Below are positions 50,061-63,062 of a DNA stretch of 64,000 nt, one piece after another. Source of the DNA: Octopus bimaculoides. Lineage: Eukaryota. The translations under genes were made by a program, and so were the position numbers. The stretch is taken from assembly GCF_001194135.2 (NCBI RefSeq), contig NC_069005.1, positions 19,455,338 through 19,519,337 on the forward strand. The letters run 5' to 3'. How positions within the stretch are numbered: the stretch's first letter is position 1; the number at the start of each line of letters is the position of its first letter. The notes under the pieces were generated by a model, which made no database searches, was not told the origin of the DNA, and saw nothing but the letters and a program-made list of their open reading frames with translations.

Positions 50061-51069
50061 GTTGGTAACTTTCTACTCATTTTTCTTTACTAAGCAGCAA
50101 CATTTTCTTTTATTCAGCACCCAAAAGTGTTTTTTTTTTTTTGAATACTTAGTCAATGGGTAAGGGAAAGGTGGTGCCCATGGCTCTCTTACTTTTTCAG
50201 GGTCTCTGAGACATATAGGAAGAAGAGTGGAAGTTATCTTCAGACAGGGGAATTAGTGACCAAAATATTTGCAGCAGAATAAACTCTGCTAAAAAAAAAC
50301 AACAAAAAGAATGAAAAGAAATCCAAGAACCCTTTTGATACCATAATTCTGTTGAACTATATTGGTTTCAAATTTTGCCACAAGGCCAGCAGTTTTTTGG
50401 GGGAGGGGTCAGGTTGATTAAATTGACCCCAATGTTCAACTAGTATTTATGTTATTGACCCCAAAACGATGAAAGGCAAAGTCAACCTTGGTGGAATTTG
50501 AACTCAAGGTGGATGAAATGCCAGTAAGCATCTTGCCCAGCATGCTAATGATTCTGCCAGCTCACCGCCATATTCTGTTGGAATATATTGCCTTTATAAC
50601 AATAATAATCCTTTCTACTCTAAGCACAAGGCCTAGTCAATTCCATTGACCTGTTCCATAGGTACTTACTTTATTGACCCCGAAAAGATGAAAAGCAAAG
50701 TTGATCTTCATAGAATTTGAACTCAGAATATCATTATTGTATGCAGTGCTCAGTTACACTATAACTTGTTTGAAAAGGGCAAAAAAAGGAGACAAAGTAG
50801 CCATAAGTCAAGTGAAAAAAGACAGCCATGATAGTCAAAAGTACATGCATAGTACACAAGATAACACAGAAGATAGAATCATGAAAAAGCCATAAAGAGG
50901 AAAGGGTGTATAGGCATATCAGGAGTAGTGTTGGTGAATTTTGAGAAGCAGGGAATTTGTGAAGGATGCAGTGTCCTGACCTCTGACAACTGATGCAGGT
51001 AGTTTATTCTATACTTTGATAATACTGAACATGGAAAAATGTTCCTGAAAAATGTAAGTGCAGGCGTGG

Positions 51070-51130
<61 letters not shown>

Positions 51131-52469
51131 TACATATACACACTTGAATACATAAGTGCAAAACAAGGTGGAAAAAAATAGTACTCACATACCAAAGGTA
51201 GAGTAATATACTTTTTATTAAAGCTGCAAAATTACCACAGAACTGTTACTCAGAGTTTTCTGTTCCCATTCGTCAGATAGTTGTGATAAATATATGTGTG
51301 TGTGTGTGTGTGTCTTTGTATCTGTGTTTGTCACTCTGCTTCACAATGGGTGTTGGTGTGTTTACATCCCTGTAACTTAGCAGTTTGGCCAAAGAGACAA
51401 ATAATATAAGTGCTAGGGTTAAAGAAAGTCCTGGAGTCAATTTGTTTGACTAAAAACCCTTCAAGGTAGTGCCCCAGCATGACCACATGCAAATGACTGA
51501 AACAAGTAAAAGATAAAAGATAAAAAAGACCATGGCTGCTGCATTGTTGTTGTTTTTTTGTTGTTGTTGTTGTTGTATATTTTAAAAGCCTGTCTGAGGG
51601 TGATAGAGATTTTGAATTTTAAAAAATCGCCAAAGTTGTTGGTTGAAAGGTGGTGAACTTTTATCAAGTTGGCTACCAAATGTATTGTTAAGGTGGTGAA
51701 CTGGCAGAATTGTTAGCACATTGGTCTAAGTGCTTAGCAGCATTTCTTCTGATTATTTAGATTCTGAGTTCAAATCCTGTCAAAGTCAACTTTTCCCTTT
51801 ATCCTTTCAGGGTTGATAAAATAACTACCAGTTGATACTGGGGTCAATGTAATCAACTTACTTCCTCTCCCTAAAATTGTTGGCCTTGTCTTCAAATTTG
51901 AAACCATTTATATTGTAATTATTAAAGTGGTGAGCTGGTCAAATCATTAACATGTTGGACAAAATGCTTAGCAACTTTTCTTCTGATTCTTTACTTTGCA
52001 TTCATATCTGTCCAAGGTCAACTTTGCCTTCTATCTTTATGAGGTCAATAAAATAAAAGTACCAGTTAAGTACTGCTGGGTCAATGAAATTGACTGACCC
52101 TCTTCCCCTAAAATTGTTGGCCTTATGCCCTAATTTGAAACTGTTTTTATTATGATTATTTAGGTGGTGAACTAGCAGAATTGTTACAGCATCAGACAAA
52201 TACCCAGAGGCATTTCTTCCAGCTCTTTACATTCTGAGTTCAACCCCTACTGAGGTCAGCTTTACTCTTCAGGGTCGACAAAATATGTACCAACCAAGTA
52301 CTAGGATCAGTGTAACTGACTTATCCCCTCCCACTAAAATGGCCAATTTTGTTCCCATTGCTGTTTAAGATAACAAAGAACAGGACTCTTTCCATTCTTT
52401 TCCAAAACACACAGAATACAATTCTATGGTCTCTATTGCGTTTAAAATATTTTCCTGCCTTCATTTCAG

Positions 52470-52616
52470 AAACAACATGGAAGAAGCAAATTTGATTCAT
52501 CACAAAAATGTAATGCTGGAATTGGTCGATCGAGACAAAAACAGACCATCTGTAATTATTTGGTCAGTTGCTAATGAACCTAGCTCTTACTTACCAAAAG
52601 CCGAAGGTTATTTCAA
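52470..52616 (+). CDS. GUSB: Beta-glucuronidase exon 8 equivalent (RDKNRPSVIIWSVANEP; acid/base Glu)
   Basis: Acceptor catttcag, WSVANEP catalytic motif, donor AA|GTAAGC; 147 nt. Confidence 0.95.
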
Positions 52617-52692
52617 GTAAGCATTTTATTTAAGTCTCTTCAATCCTTTTATGATCTTATTTCTAATGAAATACACTGCATATCATCATTGA

Positions 52693-52733
<41 letters not shown>

Positions 52734-53284
52734 GAATATACACTTTTCCATACCTGCATGGGTCAGATGGAATTCCTTGAGAGAATGATTTTTTTAACAG
52801 TTGGATGCTCTTCCTGTTGCCAACTCTCACTTGTTTCCAGGCATGGTAATATTTTCCAATGACCAGACATATTCTTGTGGAATATTGGAAATGAGAGACA
52901 TTGCTTTTATGATGAACTGACACATGATGTTGAAACAAGGACGGACGGACACACACACACACACAAACCACCACCATCAACATTGTTTTAACATCTACTT
53001 TTTCATGCTTGCATGGATTTAATACAGTTTATTGAGGCACACTTTTTATGGTTGGATGCCTTTCAAGTCAACAACCTCAATCTGTTTCCAAGCAGGATAA
53101 TATTTCCCCATGACCAGCTATGTTTTCATAGAATATTAGTTATGAATGACAGTGCCACTCATTTACAACTAATGTATGATGTCAAAACAAAGAAACACTC
53201 CTTGATGAGAATGGACTAGACCACTACATATAAATAGTAGTGGTCTGAGTAAGTGAGGTAGTTTCACTGGACAGATGGTCCAGT

Positions 53285-54660
53285 GAAAATGCTTGGAGTC
53301 TGGTTTGGTCCCAGACCTCCAGATAGAGAAGCATTGGAGTGAGGTTATGGACCGTGTGGCATCCATAACTCAGACCTGGTCTTGGCGGAGGCTATCCCTG
53401 AAAGGGAGGGCGGAGGTGGCAAATGTGCTTATCACATCTGTCATTACCTACCTCCCAACCGACATGCCATGCCCCAATTCGTGGCTAAGCAAGTTGGAAC
53501 ACATACTCTTTCACTTCTTGTGGGAGAGTAGGCAACCTTTTGTAAGGCAATCTATCTGCTGCCAACAGCCACTAAAGGGTGGGTTAGGGATGCAGTGGTT
53601 AAAGATGAACAGGCATGCACTGAGGTTGAGGCATTTCTGGCTCTACCTGGGCGATGAGTGGATGCGGTCTTTGTTCGTTGATGAGATATTTCCCAGGTTC
53701 ACCTCTTTTAGTGAACCTGGAAAACTGGATGAGGCGTAGACCAAGGCTGGGAACTTGGCAAGCGGAGTGTCAGCAGGCACTCAGGCTTCTCTCCTGAACG
53801 AACAATACTGGCGGAGGGGGTACCACCTCGGCATACTATAGAGGGCTGGTAGAGGACAAGTGTGATGATGGCCTGGGAGAGACTCTGGGTTTCAATGAAA
53901 GTCACCTTGCCAACCTGCATTGAAGGAATTTTGGCCTGGGACCTATGGACAACTTCCAGAGGTCCTTGGCTTGGCTGTGCTTCCGAAGTGCCTTGCCAGT
54001 TCAGGATAAACTTACAAGGCATGGTATCATGGTTTCGTCTACGTGCCCACGTTGCAGACAGAGCAATGAAACTGTTCTGCATGCAATCGTACAGTGTCCA
54101 AATCTTTCAGACCTGTAGGTTTCTACAGAACAGGTACTGTCACAGCTGGGGAGAGTACAGCTGTCAGCTGAATCAATTATTAAGATTGTTCCGCCGTCTC
54201 CTCTAAAAGGAGAAGAGAAGTTCTGTTTTCTAACCATAATAGCTATTAGCAAAAGAGGTGATATGGAAGATGCGTGGAAGAGGTATCACATCAGGCACCT
54301 TCGTCTCCGGGCATGCTTTGGTTAACATCTTTTTTATATCACCTAAGAGGGAAAGCATGTCTGCGGAAGAAATACCTGAAGGCAAAAAAGTATGAAAGAA
54401 GATGGAAGAAAGTAGCCCGAATGTTGGGTATGTAAGCGTCTAATTAAGCGGAGTAAAAAAGGACGAAGTAAATGGTTTAACACAGGAATGTGGTTGGTGG
54501 GGCCAAACCCATTCCATGTCCATTCATTTTTTTGTTCCATCTTCATCCAAAATTATTATGTATTTATTCATATATGTAATATCATTTGATAAGAGTCCCC
54601 AACCCCATTTGTCCCTTGTATTGTCCCCTCTTTTTTTAACCCTTGTGGTTTCAGCAAAAT
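53285..54660 (+). mobile_element. 5'-truncated L1/Tx1-clade LINE (ORF2 C-terminus) in GUSB intron
   Basis: WSWRRLSLKGRAEVAN...FLWESRQPFVRQSICCQQPLKGGLGM, then CPRCRQSNETVLHAIVQCP zinc knuckle near 54050; stops and frameshifts; 3' boundary approximate. Confidence 0.85.
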
Positions 54661-55330
54661 CATTGTGCTAGGTCTTCAGTTTGAGTGTTGATAGTCCAAA
54701 GTTGGAGTTCACAATTTACAGTTCGAGTTAGTGTGTTGGATTGTTGGTTCTTAAAAGATTGTTGTTACATTCTGTGTGGTTACTGCTGTTTGTTTCGATT
54801 ATATTTTTATTACACTGTTGCAGTGTATTCATTTATCCATAAAGATATAACACATACAAACAGTCACACACATGTATGTTCTTCTCTTTCTCCTCTTAAA
54901 CTAGAGTTTATTTTGACTGGCTACTTGCTTGGTAGCAAGGTTGTGAAGGGAAGCGTCTAGTCTATTCATCTTCCTTCAAATCTTAAGGCTTTGATAATCC
55001 CAGATATCATGACCATTTGAAGTGTATGAATTAAGGAGTTGCATTCTTTACCGAAGAACTCAAGTTCAGCCATACTTTGCTCTATTGCTCCAATAACAAC
55101 AGGTATGAAACTGAAAGTGTATTTTGAGTATTATATGAATGTGTGTGTGTGTATGCCATGAAGTGGGACTGAACCAGAAACCATGTTGGTTGGGAGCCAG
55201 GTGTCTTAACTACACAACCACACCTTCTCAGATGTTTCTTCCTTGCTCATATCTTTTTCCATTGCAGCCAGTGTCTTGTGAACAAGGAACACTAACCTTG
55301 TGCGTTGTTGAAATTTGTATTATTTTTCAG

Positions 55331-55415
55331 GAGTATCATCAGATTCACCCAGATGCTTGACAAAAGTCGACCTGTGACCTTTGTAATGAATGCCAATGTG
55401 TTTACTGATAAAGCT
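55331..55415 (+). CDS. GUSB: Beta-glucuronidase exon 9 equivalent (SIIRFTQMLDKSRPVTFVMNANVFTDKA)
   Basis: Acceptor tttttcag, LD-SRPVTFV motif, donor GCT|GTGAGT; 85 nt. Not in the ORF track; found by reading the sequence. Confidence 0.92.
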
Positions 55416-57323
55416 GTGAGTACTTCATGAGAATAAAGCAAATCACTCATTTTCATTAAATATCAGGGGTGCCTGGTTGATTCACATGCAGTTTACTGTT
55501 GTGAAAAAGTGAAAGTAAATTGTCTCCACCCCACCCCCACAAAATAAAGTGAAAGTAAATTGCTGCAGAAACCAAAAGTGACAATAGCGACGTAATAAAA
55601 TTTCATAAAAAGAACATAAATAACTCCCTCACTATGCCATCTCCACAGGTACCTAGGAGTATAGAACCTTCTAGTGATATGTTGAATATTTCAGAAATAG
55701 CAACTTAAAAGAGTACAGGAAAATGCTGCTTGATTGTGGACCCCAATCACATGCATGAAACACTTTGGCTCATTATAAAATATTGGATATTTCCAGGAAC
55801 ATGTTTGATGGGCACAAATGTGGCTGTGTGGTAAGAAACTTGCTTCTCATCCACATGGTTCAGTCCCACTGCAAAGCACCTTGGGCAAGTGTCTTCTACA
55901 TACCTTAGGACTGACCAAAGCCTTGGAGAATTTAAAATCACTTCTTTAACTTTCTAAGACATCTCAACACCTCTAAAAGCAAACTTAGTTTGTTTGTTTA
56001 CGTTTGTCGTAATTTGAATTTATATANNNNNNNNNNNNNNNNNNNNNNNNNNNNNNNNNNNNNNNNNNNNNNNNNNNNNNNNNNNNNNNNNNNNNNNNNN
56101 NNNNNNNNNNNNNNNNNNNNNNNNNNNNNNNNNNNNNNNNNNNNNNNNNNNNNNNNNNNNNNNNNNNNNNNNNNNNNNNNNNNNNNNNNNNNNNNNNNNN
56201 NNNNNNNNNNNNNNNNNNNNNNNNNNNNNNNNNNNNNNNNNNNNNNNNNNNNNNNNNNNNNNNNNNNNNNNNNNNNNNNNNNNNNNNNNNNNNNNNNNNN
56301 NNNNNNNNNNNNNNNNNNNNNNNNNNNNNNNNNNNNNNNNNNNNNNNNNNNNNNNNNNNNNNNNNNNNNNNNNNNNNNNNNNNNNNNNNNNNNNNNNNNN
56401 NNNNNNNNNNNNNNNNNNNNNNNNNNNNNNNNNNNNNNNNNNNNNNNNNNNNNNNNNNNNNNNNNNNNNNNNNNNNNNNNNNNNNNNNNNNNNNNNNNNN
56501 NNNNNNNNNNNNNNNNNNNNNNNNNNNNNNNNNNNNNNNNNNNNNNNNNNNNNNNNNNNNNNNNNNNNNNNNNNNNNNNNNNNNNNNNNNNNNNNNNNNN
56601 NNNNNNNNNNNNNNNNNNNNNNNNNNNNNNNNNNNNNNNNNNNNNNNNNNNNNNNNNNNNNNNNNNNNNNNNNNNNNNNNNNNNNNNNNNNNNNNNNNNN
56701 NNNNNNNNNNNNNNNNNNNNNNNNNNNNNNNNNNNNNNNNNNNNNNNNNNNNNNNNNCATGTGCGCACATATGTGTGTGTGTGTATCATTTCGTCCGTTT
56801 GTCCCCCACCACTGCTTGACAACTGCTTTTGGTGTGTTTATATCCACATAATTTAATGGTTCGGCAAAAGTGACCAATAAAATAAACACCAGCCTTAAAC
56901 AATAACAGCATCCATACACAGACTATAGAAGGGCAATGAATGCTCGCCAAGAAGAAATTTAGGCAACAATGTGGGACAGGTGATTTATTTACATCATAAC
57001 TTCATGAGCATGTGTGATAAGACAAATTTAGAGATTAGGAAAAAAACTATTGCAATTTGCTTTCATTTTTTTAGGACAATTTACTTTCATTTATTTTTTA
57101 CGATGGTAAACTGCGTATTAACTGGTACGATTTGTTTAACGCAAGGGCTGTAATACGGTTAACATCAGAGGCATTTACAATTTTCCTCCTTCCTGGTTTA
57201 TTAGACGGGTCTAACGTCGTAGCACTGCTTTTTAGTATTTGAAAGAAAACTCATGTAATTAACATAATTAATATTCTTTAATCAGGCATTTACAAAATCC
57301 GTTTCCCATTTGTGACTTCCCAG

Positions 57324-57500
57324 GCACAGTTTGCAGATATCCTCTGTATAAACCGTTATTTCGGTTGGTACAGTGATATGGGTCACCCAGAAGTTGTCCC
57401 CCTTCAGCTGCCTTATGAATTGGATAATTTCCATGCTTTACATCGGCGACCTGTCATCTTAACAGAATACGGAGCAGACACGGTCAATGGCCTTCACAGG
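57324..57500 (+). CDS. GUSB: Beta-glucuronidase exon 10 equivalent (DILCINRYFGWYSDMGH...PVILTEYGADT; nucleophile Glu)
   Basis: Acceptor cttcccag, NRYxGWY and TEYGAD motifs, donor AGG|GTAAGT; 177 nt. Confidence 0.95.
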
Positions 57501-58784
57501 GTAAGTCATGTAATGTTAAATACTCCTTCTTCAGTTGGCAGACCGAGTATCGTCACAACCTAATCGACTTAGCCATGCCTCCTCTATGCTCGCATGTGTG
57601 TGTGTGTGCGTGCGTGCATGTGTATATTTGTATGTGTCGACATTTGTGTCTGTGTGCATTGTGTATGTGTATGTATGCGTGCACATGTGCGTGTGTATGC
57701 ATACATGAATGTTTGTTTGTGTGTATGCATGCGTCTGTGCGCATCATGTATGCGTGTGTGCATGTGTATGTATCCATGCATGTGAGTGCATGTGTTTTTA
57801 TATGTCTGTGTGTGCATCTTGTATGTGTTTCTATGTATAGTATGTGCATGCATGAGCATGTCTGTGTGGTATTTCTCTGTCATACCATTCACCAAATGTT
57901 CATTGATTCCTGAATGATCTTCCATGACTGAATCATAAACCAAAGAACCCCAGCAAGTGCCAACCTCTCAATTCCTTCATCCAAGACGGGTGATATTTAC
58001 AGCATCAGTTAGTGCCAATTTCATTTACTGTATGTATCACAGTCTTAGAATAGGATTTGCTGCATTCCTGCATGTCATGTGGCATCAGGAAGGGCAGCCG
58101 TCCACAAAACTCTGTCTCAGAAAAATGGTCCAACTCATGCCAGCATGATGAAGTGGAGGGAAAACACTGCCAAGGGGATGATAATGGTGATAGTGGTAGT
58201 GATGATGATGGTTGTAGTGGTAATGATGATGGTGGTGGTGGTGGAAGTTGAGATGATGACAGTGGTAGTAATGATGATGATGATAGTTGCAGTAGGGATG
58301 ATGGTGGTGGTGGTGGTGATCATGATAGTGTTGGAGGTTGTGATGATACTGGTGGTGGTGGTGGTGATGATAATTAGCTCTAATTTTATGGCAATCTCAG
58401 ATCTGAAGTTATCCCCAAAAAGTAGATGAGAAATACCACCCCCTCCTGAATAAGTATATAGGTCTGTCACTTCACAAGTTATGGTTGCAGGCATAGCTAC
58501 ATGGGTTAAGAAGTTCATCTCTCAACTAAATAATTTCAGGTTCAATCCTCTACAGCATGGAACTTTGAGCATGTAGCTCAGTTTGATCAATACCTTGACA
58601 TAATACATAAAATGGACATTGCAAAAATCCCCAAAAGGACAGGTGATGAATTAAGTCTACCCCACCCCAGAAAACAGACACAATCCATTCAAGAGGTTTA
58701 CCATCAACCCAATTTCACTTGGAACACTTAGTGATATTGAGTTGACTCTATGCCCAAGATGACATGCCCACCACAAGGTCCAGT

Positions 58785-58965
58785 CCTTGTTGTGGTGAGT
58801 TGTCTCAATGACCCTGAGTGCTATGCCAGCACAGCAGATGCTCCTGGTAAGGCCTCCCATGCTGAACAGGTTAAAGGACAGAGGCCAGACTAATATGGGC
58901 CACCTCTTCTTCCCAGAGGTAAAAATGGGTTTGTGTAGGGCTAGCACCTTTTTCCTAGAAAAATG
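58785..58965 (+). mobile_element. Probable RTE-type LINE 5' UTR remnant
   Basis: ttgtggtgagt..aatgaccctgagtgctatgcc..ctcctggtaaggcctcccatgc..ggccagactaa..gtagggcta resembles recalled RTE 5' UTR motifs; no ORF follows. Confidence 0.4.
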
Positions 58966-59720
58966 CAAAGTTACAGAAGCATCGATGACAATATCTGGGA
59001 GAGGAAAACAGCCCAGAATTGGGAACAAGGGAAAAAAAGTTGTTGATAGCCTATACCAATGATTTCCAATGTGGAACATACACCTCACCAGTGGAATCTG
59101 GGAAAATTGTGGTGAGGCATGGGATCCAAATTTTTTTTTTTTTAGTAGGACATAGAATTATGAAAGTCTTCTTTCTTTTCACAGCCTCTTGGTTAACTCA
59201 ACCATTGCTAGTGGATATCTCCAAAGTTTCAATGCAGTTCTGAGAAGAGTTATCAGAACTGCAACATGATGAATCAGTGAACCCCTTTTTAAAAAAATGA
59301 AAGGTAGCAAGATGTGGCTATGTGATGAAGTTGAAAGGAAATACCCTAACACTGCCATTTCAGCAAAGGATTCATTTTTCTACGTCTTATTTTGTTGGGT
59401 GTGGCTTTAATAATATTGACAAGCTTAAGTAAGTTAGGTTACCTGTAGTAGGACTGAACCTGTAATCACATGATTACAAACCAAACTTTTAAATCCCACA
59501 GCCATGGCAACTCTCCATTGTGTTACATTTCACCTTGAACACCATATAATGCCTGTGGTAAGATGTAAAGCACCAACCTGTTAGATGGAAGTTTATCATT
59601 ACCTTTTCTATCTAAACTGTTTGTATGACATTTGACTTTTTCTCTACTTTGTTTTTTGTGTGTGTGTGTGTGATATGTTTCAATGTTTATTTTTGGGGTT
59701 TTTTTCTGACTATTTTCAAG

Positions 59721-59856
59721 TCCCCTTCCATTGCCTTCACTGAAGAATACCAAGTTAACTTACTGACTGCAACTCATGAAGCCCTTGACAAACGTATTGG
59801 GACATACATGGCTGGAGAAATGGTCTGGAATTTTGCTGACTTTCAAACAGATCAAG
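59721..59856 (+). CDS. GUSB: Beta-glucuronidase exon 11 equivalent (SPSIAFTEEYQ...GEMVWNFADFQTDQ)
   Basis: AAG acceptor (ttttcaag), FTEEYQ and WNFADF motifs, donor G|GTAACA; 136 nt. The final exon (GNKKG motif) is not in the called sequence. Confidence 0.93.
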
Positions 59857-59861
59857 GTAAC

Positions 59862-59894
<33 letters not shown>

Positions 59895-62270
59895 GTAATT
59901 ATTATAATAATAATAATTATCAGCATAGGTAAAATGTATCCCTGTATTTGTAGGTGCATTAGGAACTATCCCTAAAGATTTGAACAAATGCAGAGGAAAA
60001 ACAGCATAAAACCTTGTATTATAAAATTCCAGAAAACGGTGTTTTAGAGACAGCTAGGATACTTAGGAAGGTTCTTGGCATCTAAAGTTACTTGTTATAA
60101 ACCCAATGTTAGGAATTTTTCTTTTCATACAGTTTAATCTGTTGTGTGTATATGAAATAATAATAACTCTTTCTACTATCGGCACAAAACCAGAAATTTT
60201 GTGGGAGGGGGCTTGTTAATTACATTGACCCCAGTTCTCAACTGGTACTTATTACATTGATCCCCAAAAGGATGAAAGGCAAAGAAGAAATGCCACTAAG
60301 CATTTTGCCCAGTGCAGTAAAGATTCTGCCACCTCACTGCCTTAATAATGATAATAATGATTTCAAATTTTGGCACAAGGCCAGTAATTTTGGGAGTAAT
60401 TTTGCATCAACTGATACTTAATTTATCGACCCCGAAAGGATGAATAATAATAACAACAGTACCAATAAATAAACGGATAAGTAAATAAACTATTCAAAAA
60501 TGAAATGAATATAAAATGAAAATAAATATATTTCTATTTTAAGTATTTGTTATATTTTAAGATGGTCGTTCCCCCCCCCCCCAATAAACACACATGATAT
60601 ACTTGTTCTTCACTTCAGCTTTATCATTATTCTTATTTTAGTGTCCTTTGTCTGAAATCTTTCGTTGTACATCCTGTGACCTCTTCTGTGACTCTCCATC
60701 CCATGTGTCTCTTCTTGTTCTGCTTAGTCCATTCTGACTTTCAGAAAGCCAGAATGGACAAGGCAGGACAGGAGGGGGTCACTGAAGAAGTCACAGGACG
60801 TGTGATGAAAGATTTCAGACAAAGGACACTGAAATAAGAAGAAGAATAAAGCTGAAGTGAAGAACAAGTATATCGAATGTGTGTTTATTTGGGGAAAAAT
60901 GAAAATAAAAATGACTATCCCGAAATATAAAAACATCTGCTTCAACACAAAATTTCACATCAGGAATCTTGCAAAACAAATACATAAATGTAATATTTTA
61001 AGTATATTTTTCTTTTAATTATATTTAAGAAAAATTACATGTTAAAAGAAAGACTGGTAGGTTGGATATATTCTTAATTCCATCTTACACATGTTTCATT
61101 ACAGTATAGGAAATACATTATGAATATTAATATCAATAATAATAATTGGATTATAACTCCGTTTTATACACTAAAGAAACTACATTTATTAATGTTAATT
61201 ACTGATTAACTCTCATTAATTAGATTTTATAATTATCTTTGCATAAACATTTTGTAACCTTGACATGAAGATTTTTTTTTTTAAGGACTTAACTAATGAC
61301 TTATTAATCTATAATTAGGCTTACTATATTAGTCACATGTTCTCTGATTGTTGTTATTACTTAAACCCAGATCAACTGTATGATCAAAGTTGTTCCAGCC
61401 ACGACCGTCCAGTTTTTTAAAAAAATTCTTTTATTCTTTTGGTTTTTTAAAAATTTTTTTCAGTCATTTGATTGTGGTCATGCTGGGACACTACCTTAAA
61501 GGGTTTAGCCAAACAAATCGACCCCATTACTTATTTTTTTAACACCTGGTATTATTTTGTCGGCCTCTTGTTTCTGAACTAAGTTATAGGAACATAAACA
61601 AACCAACACCAGTTGTCAAGCAGTGGTATGGAGACAGACACACACATACCCACACAAACACACACACTCACACACACACACACACACACCCACACACACA
61701 CACACATACACACACATATATACACACAAAAGGCTTCTTTCAGTTTCCATCTACCAAATCCACTCACAAAGTTTTGGTTGGCCTGGGGCTATAGTAGAAG
61801 ACACTTGTCCAAAGTGCCACACAGTGGGACAGAACCCAGAACCATGTGGTTGGGAAGTAAACTTCTTACCACACTACCAAAAATAAAGAGTACATAATCT
61901 AATGTGTTCTTTTTTTGGTGGGGGTGGCTAGATGGTTGGCTACAGTCCAAGAGTGATATTTGACTGCTGTTACTAGCATGTTGACTAACCATATAGTAGC
62001 TTCATTGGTTTTGGCTTCATCTGCTTGAGTTTCCCTATCACCACATGTCCTCAGAGTTAGGTCTGTGTATCTTATAAACATTTCTGTCATGTTCAGAATA
62101 CAGTAATGACTAGACAGAGCGATGTCTGGTGGCAGCTGTAATAAACCCAATTCTTAGAGGGTATGTGATACTTTGGCAAAGATGCTGCCTATTTGGTGTG
62201 GTTCACACAATGCTGATTGATTCAACACTTGATTTATTTGGCAACAAATATTTTAATGTCTCTCTATATC

Positions 62271-62307
<37 letters not shown>

Positions 62308-62392
62308 ATCTCTCTCTCTCTTTCTATCTCTCTCTCTCTCTTTCTATCTCTCTCTCTCCAATTAGGTGTTTAAACGACTAGTTGTGTTTGTA

Positions 62393-62428
<36 letters not shown>

Positions 62429-62656
62429 NNNNNNNNNNNNNNNNNNNNNNNNNNNNNNNNNNNNNNNNNNNNNNNNNNNNNNNNNNNNNNNNNNNNNNNN
62501 NNNNNNNNNNNNNNNNNNNNNNNNNNNNNNNNNNNNNNNNNNNNNNNNNNNNNNNNNNNNNNNNNNNNNNNNNNNNNNNNNNNNNNNNNNNNNNNNNNNN
62601 NNNNNNNNNNNNNNTATATATATATATATATATATATGTAATACCTCTCTCAACTA

Positions 62657-63062
62657 CTCTTTTACTTGTTTCAGTCATTTGACTGCGGCCATGCTGGAGC
62701 ACCGTCTTTAGTCGAGCAAATCGACCCCGGGACTTATTCTTTGTAAGCCTAGTACTTATTCTATCGGTCTCTTTTGCCGAACCGCTAAGTTACAGGGATG
62801 TAAACACACCACCATTGGTTGTCAAGCAATGCTAGGGGGACAAACACAGACACAAACACACATACACACACACATATATATTTATATATACATATATACG
62901 ACGGGCTTCTTTCAGTTTCTGTCTACCAAATCCACTCACAAGGCTTTGGTCAGCATGAGGCTATAGTAGAAGACACTTGCCCAAGATGCCACACAGTGGG
63001 ACTGAACCCGGAACCATGTGGTTGGTAAGCAAGCTACTTACCACACAGCCACTGCTGCGCCT
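62657..63062 (-). mobile_element. Young full-length copy of SINE family B (tRNA head, ccttgggcaagt core, internal (TG)n)
   Basis: CpG-retaining copy. Older copies at ~6400-6745, 13165-13330, 19150-19520, 34330-34680, 38545-38935, 47650-48070 and 61460-61875. Confidence 0.85.

Noticed and set aside
57000-57300. CpG-containing unique intronic stretch as a possible snoRNA
   Set aside because: No convincing C/D or H/ACA box arrangement with terminal stem.
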